DNA of 64,000 bases from Eledone cirrhosa (Eukaryota), in NCBI GenBank assembly GCA_964016885.1, contig OZ024763.1:11656001-11720000 (forward strand), given 5' to 3'. Below the pieces are notes generated by a model. That model saw nothing but the letters and a program-made list of their open reading frames with translations. It did not search any database and was not told the origin of the DNA. Of this stretch, positions 43,696-57,039 are shown piece by piece; position 1 is the stretch's first letter; every line of letters begins with the position of its first letter. Position numbers and translations under genes: made by a program.

Positions 43696-43731
<36 letters not shown>

Positions 43732-43909
43732 TATATATGTGCGCGCGCACACACACACATATAAATATATATACGCGCGCGCACACACACACACACACAC
43801 ATATAAATATATATACGCGCACACACACACACACACACACACACATATTTATATATGTATGTGTGCTCCTGTCGGCTGGAACAGATAAAGGAGTATATGT
43901 TTGTGTGTG

Positions 43910-43968
<59 letters not shown>

Positions 43969-44158
43969 GATAAATCTACCAAGAGTTTACGGTAGTGTCC
44001 AATCCGTATGAAGAACTCAATGTATTCCGGATATCATGGAAAGAAGAGATGTAATGAAAATCCAATTTCGGTGAAAGATAAACGGTATACAGAGTCAAGA
44101 TAAAATATTAAACAAATAATGAACAAACAATTCCTTATATTAAACAAAAAAAGTTCAC

Positions 44159-44303
44159 TATTTAACGATCGTTTCTAGGGTATATATGTGTTATAATTGG
44201 TATGCATATTTAACAGATCTATGTACAAAATTATACAAAATTATACAAATTATCAAGATTAAATATACATACCTAACTCATATATACGCCGTCTTCAGAA
44301 ATA
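44159..44303 (-). ncRNA. Hammerhead motif with an approximately 115-nt stem II
   Basis: Minus strand: TATTT-CTGAAGA-long imperfect hairpin-GAAA-CGATCG-TT^-AAATA. Confidence 0.55.
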
Positions 44304-44313
44304 ATATATATAT

Positions 44314-44347
<34 letters not shown>

Positions 44348-44394
44348 GTATGAATGGTTTTTAAAATCCAACGCCAATAAATACACCAGGATTT

Positions 44395-44456
44395 TTTCAT
44401 TCTGATGATTGAAAGCAACATTTTTTTTGCTTTTAAGAAACCACTGGTAAATGAAA
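44395..44456 (+). ncRNA. Type-I hammerhead ribozyme motif, apparently intact
   Basis: TTTCATT-CTGATGA-TTGAAAGCAA...TTGCTTTTAA-GAAA-CCACTGG-TA^-AATGAAA, with 7-bp stem I and 10-bp stem II. Confidence 0.85.
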
Positions 44457-44481
44457 TAATTGCCTTATGTTGTTTATTACA

Positions 44482-44547
<66 letters not shown>

Positions 44548-44799
44548 AAAATAGAATCAGGAGTGCACCAGGGATGCATCCTATCTCCGTTGTTTTTCAT
44601 AGCTGTTCTTGCCAACAACTGCACAGAAATGCTGACTTTGATAAATGACCTCGTTGAAATAACTGAACAGGTTGGCTTAAGTTGCCTGCAGTTTATCACT
44701 TCTGGCGGTACTCTTCCATGTGTCAGTTGCATAGGTTGTTGTTGAGGTAGCACTTGACAAGAATAACCTTAATTTTGTTTATGATGTGAGCTTGGGTTA

Positions 44800-45530
44800 T
44801 AACCGAAAGAAGACGAAATGGGATATAGATTGGAGATTGCAGATGAGAGAGTCACTCCAAGTAGAGCTGCTACTTCTCCGAATTGAGGGATCACAGCTTC
44901 GATACTATGGGCATGTGGTTAGAATGTCTCACGAAAGAATCAATGGAGTCACTCCAAGTAGAGCTGCTGCTACTTCGAATTGAGAGATCACAGCTTCGAT
45001 ACTATGGGCATGTGGTTAGAATGTCTCACGAAAGAATCAATGGAGTCACTCCAAGTAGAGCTGCTGCTACTTCGAATTGAGAGATCACAGCTTCGATACT
45101 ATGGGCATGTGGTTAGAATGTCTCACGAAAGAATCAATGGAGTCACTCCAAGTAGAGCTGCTGCTACTTCGAATTGAGAGATCACAGCTTCGATATTATG
45201 GGCATGTAGTTAGAATGTCTCACGAAAGAATCAATGGAGTTACTCCAAGTAGAGCTGCTGCTACTTCGAATTGAGAGATCACAGCTTCGATATTATGGGC
45301 ATGTGGTTAGAATGTTCGGGGAAGAATCGCTGGACAGATTTTACAGGCGAAACCAACAGGTAGGAGACCCGGAACAAGATGGTTTTATAACATCCATGAG
45401 CTTGGCTGGTCGTGCTTGGGGATCTAGCCGGATCAGTTGGAGACGGTTGCTTCTGACAGGACCCGCTAGAAGGAGTGTTTTAGGACTATGGCACCACGGC
45501 CCTCCCAGGAATAAGTGGGTGAAGAAGATG
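44800..45530 (+). mobile_element. 3' fragment of an RTE-like LINE containing 4-5 tandem 97-bp units
   Basis: Repeated LLRIERSQLRYYGHVVRM, with ORF starts spaced 97 nt apart. Confidence 0.75.
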
Positions 45531-45631
45531 TGAGTTTCATTGACTGGGGTTTGTTGAATAATCCAGCATCTGAAGACAATAGAAGAGGTTGGTAGTGTTC
45601 AGGATAGAAGATGGCAACACTGAAGCTTACA

Positions 45632-46108
45632 TACAGGGTCAGCTGAAAAGGTCATAGGTTGACCAAGATACTCTCATGGAATGACCAAATGAGGTCTATT
45701 TTTTAACATAGTCTCTGGAAAGAAACAATAGTGTTAAGAAGAAGAGTTGAAATTATTGCATGCAATATTTCTCCGCTCTAGCATCATTCCTTCATAGATT
45801 GACTAAGATACTCTCATGGAATGATCAAATGAGGTTTATTTTTCAACAGCGGTCCCTCAAAAGAAACAATGCAGTTATTAAGAAGTGTTGAAATTAATGC
45901 ATGCAAGATTTCACAGCTCTAGCATCATTCCTTCATAGGCTGACCAAGATACTCTCATGGAATGACCAAATGAGGTCTATTTTTCAAAAGCGGTCCTTTG
46001 AAAGAAACAATGCAGTTATTAATAAGAGATGAAAATGAACGCATGCAAGATTTCACAACCCTAGCATCACTCCTTCATAGCCTATGAACTCTTCAGCCGA
46101 CTCTTGTT
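45632..46108. mobile_element. Tc1/mariner-type non-autonomous element with three internal repeats of about 140 bp
   Basis: TIRs TACAGGGTCAGCTGAAAAGGTCATAGG / CCTATGAACTCTTCAGCCGACTCTTGT. Confidence 0.65.
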
Positions 46109-46136
46109 ATACAAAGGATAGACAAAGGTGCTGGAG

Positions 46137-46279
46137 CAGGGTTTTTCAAACGCGGAACCCTTTTTGGTTCAGAAACCTTTTTGGGGGAACCCCAAAGTCT
46201 AATACTGTTATATGGTCGTAATATAAATATATGCCTCTACCCAGACACTCCTTTGCGGAACCCATTTTAGGAACCACTG
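46137..46279. mobile_element. hAT-type MITE
   Basis: CAGGGTTTTTC...GGAACCACTG flanked by a perfect 8-bp TSD TGCTGGAG (46129-46136 and 46280-46287). Confidence 0.8.
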
Positions 46280-47270
46280 TGCTGGAGTCTTCAACAAACC
46301 CCAATCAACATGGCAACCAAAGAAGCTGACATCACAAACAAAAGTAAGTTTATTCTGGTCAATTGTTAAGTCAACAACAGCCTATGGATGTGTACAGCCA
46401 GAACTGGAAAACAAATTGATCCTTTCCAACAAAGAATCCCCTGAAAGATCCTGAGCATTAGATGGCAACACAAAACCACAAACGAGGATGTATTTCGAAG
46501 AGTCAGTGCTACACGTGTGAGTTTTATCATCAAGGGCAGAAAATTGTAGATGGCAGGACATGAGCTATGAATGAAGGATTATATACCAGCAAGAACTGCA
46601 ATGACATGGGCTACAAGTTGGTAGGAAATTACCAAAGAGTAAGCCAAGGTAGATCCACCCCGTGCAACGCCGGCTACCACTGCTCGTATCTATCTATATA
46701 TATATATGTATGACTGAATACATACGTGCTTTTCCTTCAAAATATTTTGTTTCTTCATCTATTTCTATTTCATCTTTTATTTCTCATTCTATCTTCTGAT
46801 AAACGACTAGTGTCCGAAACGTCGAGATTTTTCTACTATATCAAGCATTAAACTAATATAATTCTTCACTGTGCTGTGTTGTCAGCTTTGTTTTCACATA
46901 CTTATATATCAATGTACATATAAGTATGTACATACATACATAAATACGTGTGTGTGTGTGTGGGGGGGGGGTTCTTGGCTTAGTGGTTAGAGAATTTGAT
47001 TCGCAATCGTGAGGTTGCGAGTCCGATTTTCGGACCGAACGATGCGTTATGTCCTTGAGCAAGACACTTTACTTCACGTTGCGACCGGTAGATGATAGAT
47101 ATAGTAGTAGAGTTCTACCTCACTCGGTAACCGAGTGAGGTCTGGGGTCGTCTATAAATATATATATATGTATAAATGAAGTAATTCCGTCGGAAAAGTC
47201 CAGGAAAAAAGAGTGCTCTATGTAGGTAACAGAGCTTAATAGTTATTTAATAAACAACATAAGGCAATTA

Positions 47271-47331
47271 TTTCATTTACCAGTGGTTTCTTAAAAGCAA
47301 GAAAATTTTGCTTTCAATCATCAGAATGAAA
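47271..47331 (-). ncRNA. Hammerhead of the 44395 family, with a mutated inverted partner at 47338-47397 (+)
   Basis: Minus strand: TTTCATT-CTGATGA-TTGAAAGCAA...TTGCTTTTAA-GAAA-CCACTGG-TA^-AATGAAA. Confidence 0.8.
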
Positions 47332-47422
47332 ACATTTTTTTCATTCTGATGATTGAAAGTAAAATTTTCTTGCTATTAAGAAACCATGGGAAATGAAATA
47401 ATTGCCTTATGTTGTTTATTAC

Positions 47423-47471
<49 letters not shown>

Positions 47472-47778
47472 CTCTGTAACCTACATAGAGCACTCTTTTT
47501 TCCTGGACCTTTCCGACGGAATTACTTCATTCATACATATATATATATATTAAGTTGTTAAACAATATTCGATGATTATGTCAAAGAATGAGTTTTACAG
47601 TAGATTGGAAGCACTCAACAGTAAAATAATTTTCAGGAGTTATTAATATTAAAATATAAGTATTAATAAAATAGATGTTCTTTTGATCAATTACATTTTA
47701 TTATACATATTTCGGAAATATGTATAATAAAATGTAATTGATCAAAAGAACATCTATTTTATTAATACTTATATTTTA

Positions 47779-47824
<46 letters not shown>

Positions 47825-48216
47825 CCAAAGATTAATATGGTTCGTTGATTATTCAACGAATAAAATATTACAATAGATTAGAAGCATTCAACAAGATTTT
47901 TCGTAGAGTTTTTAATGTTATTCAAAATGTTAATAAATGAAAAATATTCTCATAATCAAAATATATATTTTATTATACATATTTCAAAGGTACTACACAC
48001 ACGGACACTCACACAAACACATACACACACATATATATATATATATATACACACATACACTATCACACACACATATATATACACATACACCATCACACAC
48101 ACACACACACACATATATATATTTATTAAAATAACAGATTAAAGTTTAAGCAAAGAATTGCTGCTTTCAGCCTTATCAAGCCCTCTTTGGATTTTAGTCT
48201 TCAAATTTATTATTAT

Positions 48217-48253
<37 letters not shown>

Positions 48254-49339
48254 CACTACCACACCCACACACACATATATATGTATATATATATGTATGT
48301 ATATATGTATATATATATACTCACCGACATCACTGGAAACTGTAGAATCTCATCACCATCAACCGTCACAAAGAAATTGATTTTATTACTTAACTCCAGC
48401 TGAAAGTGAAAACGTTTTTTTTCTTTCTTGTTTATGGAAAAAAATACACACACAAGGATGTATATGCACTTAATATGTGCACGTGTGTGTGTGTGTATAT
48501 ATATGTGTATATATATATAGGAACGAGTAGGACCCCGACATATATATACACATATATATACACGAGTGTGTATATATATGTGTATATATATATATAGGAA
48601 CGAGTAGGACCCCGACATATATATACACATATATATACACGAGTGTGTATATATATGTGTATATATATATATATAGGAACGAGTAGGACCCCGACGGCTG
48701 AGCTCAAGCCTTCGTTATATATGTATATATATATAACGAAGGAAATGTGGTAAGGAACCAGGTGGACCATAACGCACCAAAGTACTCAATACTTAGGGTA
48801 GTAGAGTGGGTAATATATATATATGTGCGTGTGTGTTTATATACACATACATACATGTAGCTAAAATACACGCATAAACTAGTCGTTTTTTAGTCATTGT
48901 GTGTCTCTGTCTGTCTGTCTGTCTGTCTGTGTGAATATTACACGTATATTCTTAACTCATATATCTATGTAAATATACATGCGTATGCGTTTTTTCCTGT
49001 CTGCTTATATATGTATGTATGTGTATGTATGTATATATATATATATATATATATATTTGTATGTAATACCTAAATGACGGCTGTGCTAAATACACACACA
49101 TACCCTTATGTGTGTATCTGTATGCGCGCGTGTGTGTGTGTGTGTGTCTCATTCTTTTAAATACACACATATATATATATATTATATTATATATATTTAA
49201 AAGAATGAGACATATATATATATATATATACAGCTATATGTGTGTATATATTCTACTGTATATAATGTTTCCAAAGTGAAGCGATGCCAGAAAGCGACCG
49301 TTGATGAGGGTGTTGAAATGGACGGATAAAGAAAAGTAG

Positions 49340-49700
49340 GACACACACTCATCTTACACACACTCATCTTACACACACACTCATCTTACACACACACTCA
49401 TCTTAGACACACACTCATCTTACACACACACTCATCTTACACACACACTCATCTTACACACACTCATCTTACACACACTCATCTTACACACACACTCATC
49501 TTACACACACACTCATCTTACACACACTCATCTTACACACACACTCATCTTACACACACACTCATCTTACACACACTCATCTTACACACACTCATCTTAC
49601 ACACACACTCATCTTACACACACACTCATCTTACACACACTCATCTTACACACACACTCATCTTACACACACACTCATCTTACACACACTCATCACACAT
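49340..49700. repeat. (ACACACTCATCTT)-type minisatellite
   Basis: Seen directly. Confidence 0.9.
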
Positions 49701-49889
49701 ACACATCTTACACACACGCCCTCATCTTATGCACACATCACACACACACACACGAAGAGAGAAATTGAGAGTGAGTGTGCTAGAGAGATATCGAGTGAAT
49801 GAGAAAGAGAGAACATTGTTGAGTGTGTGAGAGTGATAGAGATGTGGAGTGAGAGAGAGAGAGAGAATGGTTGAGAGAATTACAGAGAG

Positions 49890-50722
49890 ATAGACCAATA
49901 TTGAATGAGGGATAGTTAGAGAGAGAGAATATTGAGTGAGAGGTAGTTAGGGAGAGAATATTGAGTGAGAGGTAGTTAGAGAGAGAATATTGAGTGATAG
50001 GTAGTTAGAGAGAATATTGAGTGAGAGGTAGTTAGAGAGAGGGGGAGAATATTGAGTGAGAGGTAGTTAGAGAGAGGTTGTTGGAGAAAGAGCAATATTG
50101 AGTGAAAGATAGAGAGAGAGAGAGAACAATATTGAGAGATAGAGAGAGAAATATTGAGTGAGAGATAGAGAGAGAAATATTGAGTGAGAGATAGGGAGAG
50201 AAATATTGAGTGAGAGATAGAGAACAATATTGAGTGAGAGATAGATAGAGAGAGAGAGAACAATATTGAATGAGAGATAGAGTGAGAGTAATATTGAGTG
50301 AGAGATAGAGAGATAGTTACATCGGGATTGATAGAGAATAATATTGAGTGAGTGAGAGAGAGAGAGAGAGAGCAATATTGAGTGAGAGATAGAGAACACT
50401 ATTGAGTGAGAGATAGAGAGAGAGCAATATTGAGTGAGAGATAGAGAACAATATTGAGTGAGAGATAGAGAGAGATAGTTACATGGGGAGTGATAGAGAA
50501 TAATATTGAGTGAGAGAGAGAGAGAACAATATTGAGTGAGAGATAGAGAGAGAGAGTTACATGGGGAGTGATAGAGAATAATATTGAGTGAGAGAGAGAG
50601 AGAACAATATTGAGTGAGAGATAGATAGAGAGCAATATTGAGTGAGAGATAGAGAACAATATTGAGTGAGAGATAGAGAGAGAGAGTTACATGGGGAGTG
50701 ATAGAGAATAATATTGAGTGAG
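49890..50722. repeat. AATATTGAGTGAGAG/(GA)n compound minisatellite
   Basis: Seen directly. Confidence 0.9.
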
Positions 50723-51204
50723 CTCTCCTGATAACTTCACCTCAGTGTATCTAAATATTAAATAATTCTTCTCTCTAGCCAAGCTCTCTTCTTCAATATT
50801 GTGTCAGTCTACTACTGTTGAAGTAGTCGCCACCAACTTACCACTACTCTCTCTCTCTCTCTTTCTGTCTCTCTATCTCTCTCTCTCTCTCTCTCTCACA
50901 TTATATATCTCAAATCCCGCCGAGGTTAACTTTGCCTTCCATCCTTACGGGGTCGATAAAATAAAGTACCAGTAATGTACTGGGTAATTGCTGGCCTTGT
51001 GCCAAAAGTAGAAACAATTATTTATATCATCACCATTTTACGTCAATTTTTCCATGGGTTAGAAGGGTTGTCCTGTTGTGGGTAATGCTAGGTCAGGTGA
51101 CCATGTCTTGCACATACAGGAACTGATTCTGGCTTGATTTCTACAGCTGGATGCCCTTCCTGACACCAACCTCATTTACACTGTGTATATACACACACAC
51201 ACAC

Positions 51205-51286
51205 ACAGGGTGTGCTAAAAAATGTATACATACTTCAATAGTATTCTAATAAATGTGTGTATACATTTTGGGGGGACGCCCTGTAT
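51205..51286. mobile_element. Approximately 80-bp Tc1/mariner-like MITE (also 52822-52903, 59952-60033, 60629-60710)
   Basis: CAGGGTGTnnnnAAAATGTATA...TATACATTTT...CACCCTG inverted ends in TA context. Confidence 0.7.
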
Positions 51287-51658
51287 ATATATGTCTTTAG
51301 ACTGTGGCCCTGCTGGAGCATTACTCAGATTTAGTCAAGCAAATTGACCCCACTACTTATTTTTCAGATCTACTACGTTCCGGTCTTATTTTATCAATCC
51401 CTCTTTTGATGAACCGTTTTAAGTTATGAGACATACACAAGCTTGGCTACACATGTCCAACCCATGCAGGCATGGAAAAGCAGGTGTAATATATATAGAC
51501 CACGAAAAACATGGGTGGAGGTGGTGAGAGCAGACCTCAGATCGCTGAAACTCACCGAGGAGATGACGAAGGACCGTGACAAGTGGAGAGATGCTGTGCT
51601 GAATAGGACCCGTCCAACCCTTGGAAGCAGGGAAAAGCGGACGTAAAATGATGATGAT

Positions 51659-51701
<43 letters not shown>

Positions 51702-51879
51702 CAGTCTTCTACAGTTTCCATCTACCAACTTCCACTGACATGACATGGTCAATTGGTCAAGTCAAGACTGTAGCAAAAGAGACTTGCTGAAAGTACACAG
51801 CTGTAGGACTGAACCCAGAACCTACTGGTTAAAGAGCAAACTCCTTAACCACACAGCCATGCCCATAGATATTGCTGTT

Positions 51880-52487
51880 TACTCGAGAGAAGACTATGTT
51901 GGTATGGTCACGTGATGCGCATGAAAGATGACAGCTGTATAAAAAAGTGCAGGGCGATCAAAATAGACGGTAGCCACGGAGTAGGTGGACCCAGAAAAAC
52001 CTGGGACGACTTGATAAACTCCGACCTCACACACTTCTAAGACAATGTCACTGGACCGAGATCTTTGGTGCTACGTAGTAATACAGAAGACCCGCCTTGC
52101 CTAAGTACAAAGCGAAACCTACAGTCAGTAGGCACCTCTTAACCAAAATACACCCCCGTCCCACTACCCCTACCCCCACCGCCATCTACACCACCCCTTT
52201 CGATGTAAAGCTATGTTGGTACCACAACATGCAGTTCTAAATAAATGAGGTTGTGTAAGTGTCACGACAAAAAAACACACAGTCCACGCTGTAATGTGGC
52301 CGTGTAGGTAACACGGTAAAAACCTCCCAGTCCATACTGTAAATGTGGTTGGTGTTAGGAAGGGCATCCAGCCGTAGAAAACCCGCCAGACAGTCCTGAG
52401 CAAGACAACCAATCTTGCCTCAAGTGGGACAATTCCCGCCCAGACCCATGCTAGCGTGGACAATGGACGTTAAACGATGATGATGAT
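51880..52487 (+). mobile_element. 3' end of the RTE LINE (paralogue of 55530-56130)
   Basis: High visible identity to 55530-56130, ending in (GAT)n. Confidence 0.85.
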
Positions 52488-52897
52488 TATATATATGTAT
52501 ATATATATATAACCAGTATTAAACTAGTAAGACCATTATTCAACAGAATATTCAGTACTTGGAATAGTAGTGTGTGTATATTCTCTCTCTCTCTCTATAC
52601 CGAAGGAGGTGTGGTAAAGAACCAGGTGGACCATAACGCACCAGAGTACTCAATACTTAGGGTAGTAGAGTGGGAAATAGGAAAAAGTATGACCACCGAC
52701 GGCAGAGCTCAAGCTGTTTCGACGGCTATTTCTGGACTGAAAGAAATAGTCCAGAAATAGCCGTCGAAACGGCTTGAGCTCTGCCGTCGAGGTCAAACTT
52801 TTTCCTCTCTATATATATATATGCAGGATGTCCCCCAAAAATGTATATACACTTCAACAGCATTCTTATCAAAGTGTGTATACATTTTTTTGGCGAC

Positions 52898-52929
<32 letters not shown>

Positions 52930-53109
52930 GCCCACTATTGCTACTGCATTTAATATCATTGCTATCAGCAACAACTACCAGCAGAAATCTTACACTCTGC
53001 TCACACACATTGAGTGCTCATTCAGTCAATGTTTGAATGTTTTAAGTGGCATGGTATTTTAAACACCCACTTGAGCATATACCCGCATACACATACATAA
53101 TATATTGTG

Positions 53110-53444
53110 TGTCTCTCTCTCTCTCTCTTTCTCAATCTCTCTCTCAATCTCTCTCTCTCTCAATCTCTCTCTCTCACAATCTCTCTCTCTCTTTCTCAAT
53201 CTCTCTCTCTCTTTCTCAATCTCTCTCTCTTTCTCAATCTCTCTCTCTCTCTTTCTTTCTCAATCTCTCTCTCTCTTTCTTTCTCAATCTCTCTCTCTCT
53301 CTCTCAATTTCTCTCTCTCTCTTCTCAATCTCTCTCTCCCTTTCTCAATATCTCTCTCTCTCTCTTTCTCAATCTCTCTTTCTCTCTCTCTCTCTCTTTC
53401 TCAATCTCTCTCTCTTTCTCAATCTCTCTCTCTTCTCTCTCTCC

Positions 53445-53462
<18 letters not shown>
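53110..53462. repeat. CTCAAT(CT)n minisatellite
   Basis: Seen directly. Confidence 0.9.
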
Positions 53463-53475
<13 letters not shown>

Positions 53476-53974
53476 CACACACTCACATACGTGGGTGGGT
53501 GGATGAATGTATATATATATCCTGCTATTTCTTTACATTTAATCTCTCTCTCTCTCTCTCTACATACATACATAGAGAGATGTGTGTATATATACACACA
53601 CACACACACACATACACACATGGGTGGGTGGGTATATATATATATATATATATATATCCTGCTTTTCATTTAACATTTATTGCCATCGGCAACAGCCAGC
53701 ATCCTTCATGCCAGTGGACAATAAAGAAATTATTATTGTTGTATAATCTAGTGATTACACATCAATAGCCTTTATCATTGCCATCTCTATGCCATAGTCA
53801 ACACTGTCATCATCATCATCATCATCACCATTTTGATGCTCGGCTTCCTCCTCATCATCATCATCATTGTAAATATTGAATAGTGCATTTCTAGACCCCC
53901 CCCCCTGCCTCCACCTTTGCCTATCATATATATGTGCACATACAAGTATGTATATATAAGTGTGTGTATATGGT

Positions 53975-56131
53975 GTACTTGCGCTCACTGATACTGATAA
54001 GAAGATAGCCTGGAAGTGCCACTATGAGAGACTATTAAATGAGGAGAATAAATGGGAAAAAGATAGTCTGCTCCCAATCAATCCAATAGAAGGACCAGCG
54101 GTGCAAGTTAAAGGTAGTATAATAAGTAAGGCAATCAAAGATATGAAGACAGGCAAGGCAGCTGGGCCTTCGGAGATAGTTGCTGAGATGTTGAAGGCAT
54201 CTGGTATGGTGGGACACACTATGGTCACCCGTATAGTTAACCAAGTAATACAGAATGGGGGTCATACTGAAAGACTGGCGTAGCAGCATCATCATTAACT
54301 GCTACAAGGGTAAAGGGGATGCTCTAGATAGGGGAAACTATAGAGGCATTAAGTTAGTTGACCAGGTCATGAAGGTCACAGAAAGAATTATTGCGCAACT
54401 AATCAGAGAGCAAATTGATCTAGATGAAATGCAGTTTGGGTTTGTGTCGGGTAAAAGTACCACAGACGCGCTTTTCCTTGTACGACAACTACAAGAGAAG
54501 TACCTAGCTAAAAGTAAACCCCTCTACTTAGCTTTTGTAGACCTGGAGAAAGCTTTTAACAGAGTCCCCCGCTCCATTATCTGGTGGGCTCTTAGAAAAC
54601 TAGGTGTAGATGAATGGCTTGTGAGAGCTATACAAGCTATGTATAATAAAACAGTCAGTAAGGTTAGAATTAACAATGAATATTGTGAAGGATTTAGTGT
54701 AAAAGTTGGCGTTCATCAAGGTTCTGTCCTTAGCCCCCTCTTATTTATTAATGCCCTTCAGGCTATAACAGAGTAGTTCAAGACCGGCTGCCCATGGGAA
54801 CTCCTATACGCAGATGATCTAACGCTCATAGCTGAATCAATGGCTGAACTAGAGAAGAAATTTGAAACATGGAAGCATGGCCTAGAATCAAAAGGCCTTA
54901 AAGTTAACTTGTCTAAGACTAAAGTTCTAGTTTGTAGAAAGGAAAATAAGGCACAGGTGCCCTCAGGGAAATGGCTATGCTCAGTGTATAGGAAAGGAGT
55001 AGGCAGAAATTCCATTTTATGTCCCAAATGCAAAGTATGGGTGCATAAAAGATGTAGTGGGATCACAGGTAAACTATCTAAGAACGTAGACTTTATATGT
55101 GGCCAATGCTCAGGTGCAATAAGTAGCAAGTGTCCAAAGGATACTAGCTCCTTCTATTGCCCAGATGGTTCTATAGAAATAGTGGACACTTTCCGTTACC
55201 TGGGTGACGAAATCAGCAGTGGTGGAGGGTGTTCTGAAAGTACAGTCGCCAGAGTCAGAACGGGATGGAAAAAGTTCAGAGAGCTTATACCGCTGTTGGC
55301 CACAAAAAGTTTCTCTCTAAAAATGAAAGGCAGATTGTATGATGCCTGTATACGAACAGCAATGCTACATGGCAGTGAGACTTGGGCATTGTGTGCAGAG
55401 GACCTGCTAAGAATGGAATGGAACGAAGCATGCATGCTCCGTTGGATGTGTAATAGTAATATACGTGAACGGCAAAGCATAAATGAACTAAGTGAGAAAT
55501 TAGGAATAAGAGGGATCAGATGATGTTTACTTGAGAGAAGACTACGTTGGTATGGTCATGTGATGCGCATGAAAGACGACAGCTGCATAAAAAAGTGCAG
55601 GGCGATCAAAATTGATGGTAGTTACGGAATAGGTAGACCCAGAAAAACCTGGGACGATTTGATAAATTCCAACCTTACACACTTACATCTCTCTAAGACA
55701 ATGTCTCTGGACCGAGATCTTTGGCGCTACGCAGTAATACAGAAGACCCGCCTTACCTATGTACAAAGCGAAACCTACAGTCAGTAGGCACCTCTTAACC
55801 AAATATACACCCCAATCCACTACCCCTACCCTATCCTCCCACCAACAGCACGAGATAATGAGATCGAGTTCGTGTAGGTGTCACGACAAAAAACACACAC
55901 AGTCCACGCTGTAATGTGGCCGTGTAGGTAACACGGTAAAAAGTTCCCAGTGCTACACTGTAAATGTGGTTGGTGTTAGGAAGGGCATCCAGCCGTAGAA
56001 AACCTGCCAGATAGTCCTATATGAGCGAGACACGGTCACCCGACCAGCCTTGCCTCAAGTGGGACAACTCCCGTCTAACCCATGCTAGCCTGGAAAATGG
56101 ACGTTAAACGAATAGATGAAGATGATGATGA
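53975..56131 (+). mobile_element. 5'-truncated RTE-type LINE (RT, PHD-like finger, 3' UTR, (GAT)n tail), pseudogenised
   Basis: KGKGDALDRGNYRGIKL, FVDLEKAFNRVP, HQGSVLSP, LLYADDL (YADD at 54807-54818), LHGSETW. Frameshift near 54260, stops at 54774 and 55521. Confidence 0.92.
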
Positions 56132-57039
56132 TATATATATATGTATATATATATAAGTAGAAGTTGTATTTAATTTGTTGGAAGTCCGACAAACATAAAT
56201 GTTTATAACTGATTTAGAGCACTCAACATGATGAAAGCGTACCAATGTTGTCTTGGTTGCCCTTGAAATATAATTGTTTCTACTTTAGGCACAAGGCCAG
56301 CAATTACCCAGTGCATTACTGGTACTTTATTTTATCGACCCCGTAAGGATGAAAGGCAAAGTCAACCTCGGCAGGATTTGAACTCAGATCGTAAAGGGAC
56401 GTAACTATGCTGGAAAGCATGGCGTCCGACCCTCTACCGATACTGCCAATTCACCGTGAATGTGTCAAGCTTACTGCCCAATTTAGAAATAATTTGCATA
56501 ACACACACATACGCATGCTCCCCACCATCTCTGTTTGCTTTTCCATGCTGGCATGGGTCAGATAAAATTTTCTGAGGCACTTTTTTCTATAGCCAGATGC
56601 CTTTTTTGATAATAAAATAAATATAGTATTATAAATATAGTTTCCATTTATTTAATATCATTGTATATATATATATATGTATGTATATATATGTGTGTAT
56701 ATATATATATATATGAGAGAGAGAAAAGAAAATTTAATACAGAAATGGATTCTACAGGACTAGGACTGTTTCATTCGAAGGAAATCATCAGGTTTTCCTG
56801 ATATATATCAATAATTTAAAAGAATTATATCTATATATATATACATCTCATTCTTTTAAATTATTGATGAACCTGTCTATCAGTCTGTCAGTCTGTCACT
56901 ACATATCCACCTCCTCGTCTATCTATCTATTGATCTATCTGTCCATCAATCGATTGATTTCGATGTCAGTCTGTCTGTGAAATCATCTGTTCGGGTTTGT
57001 TTTACAAATATCTGTGTTCAGTCTATCTGACATATATGT

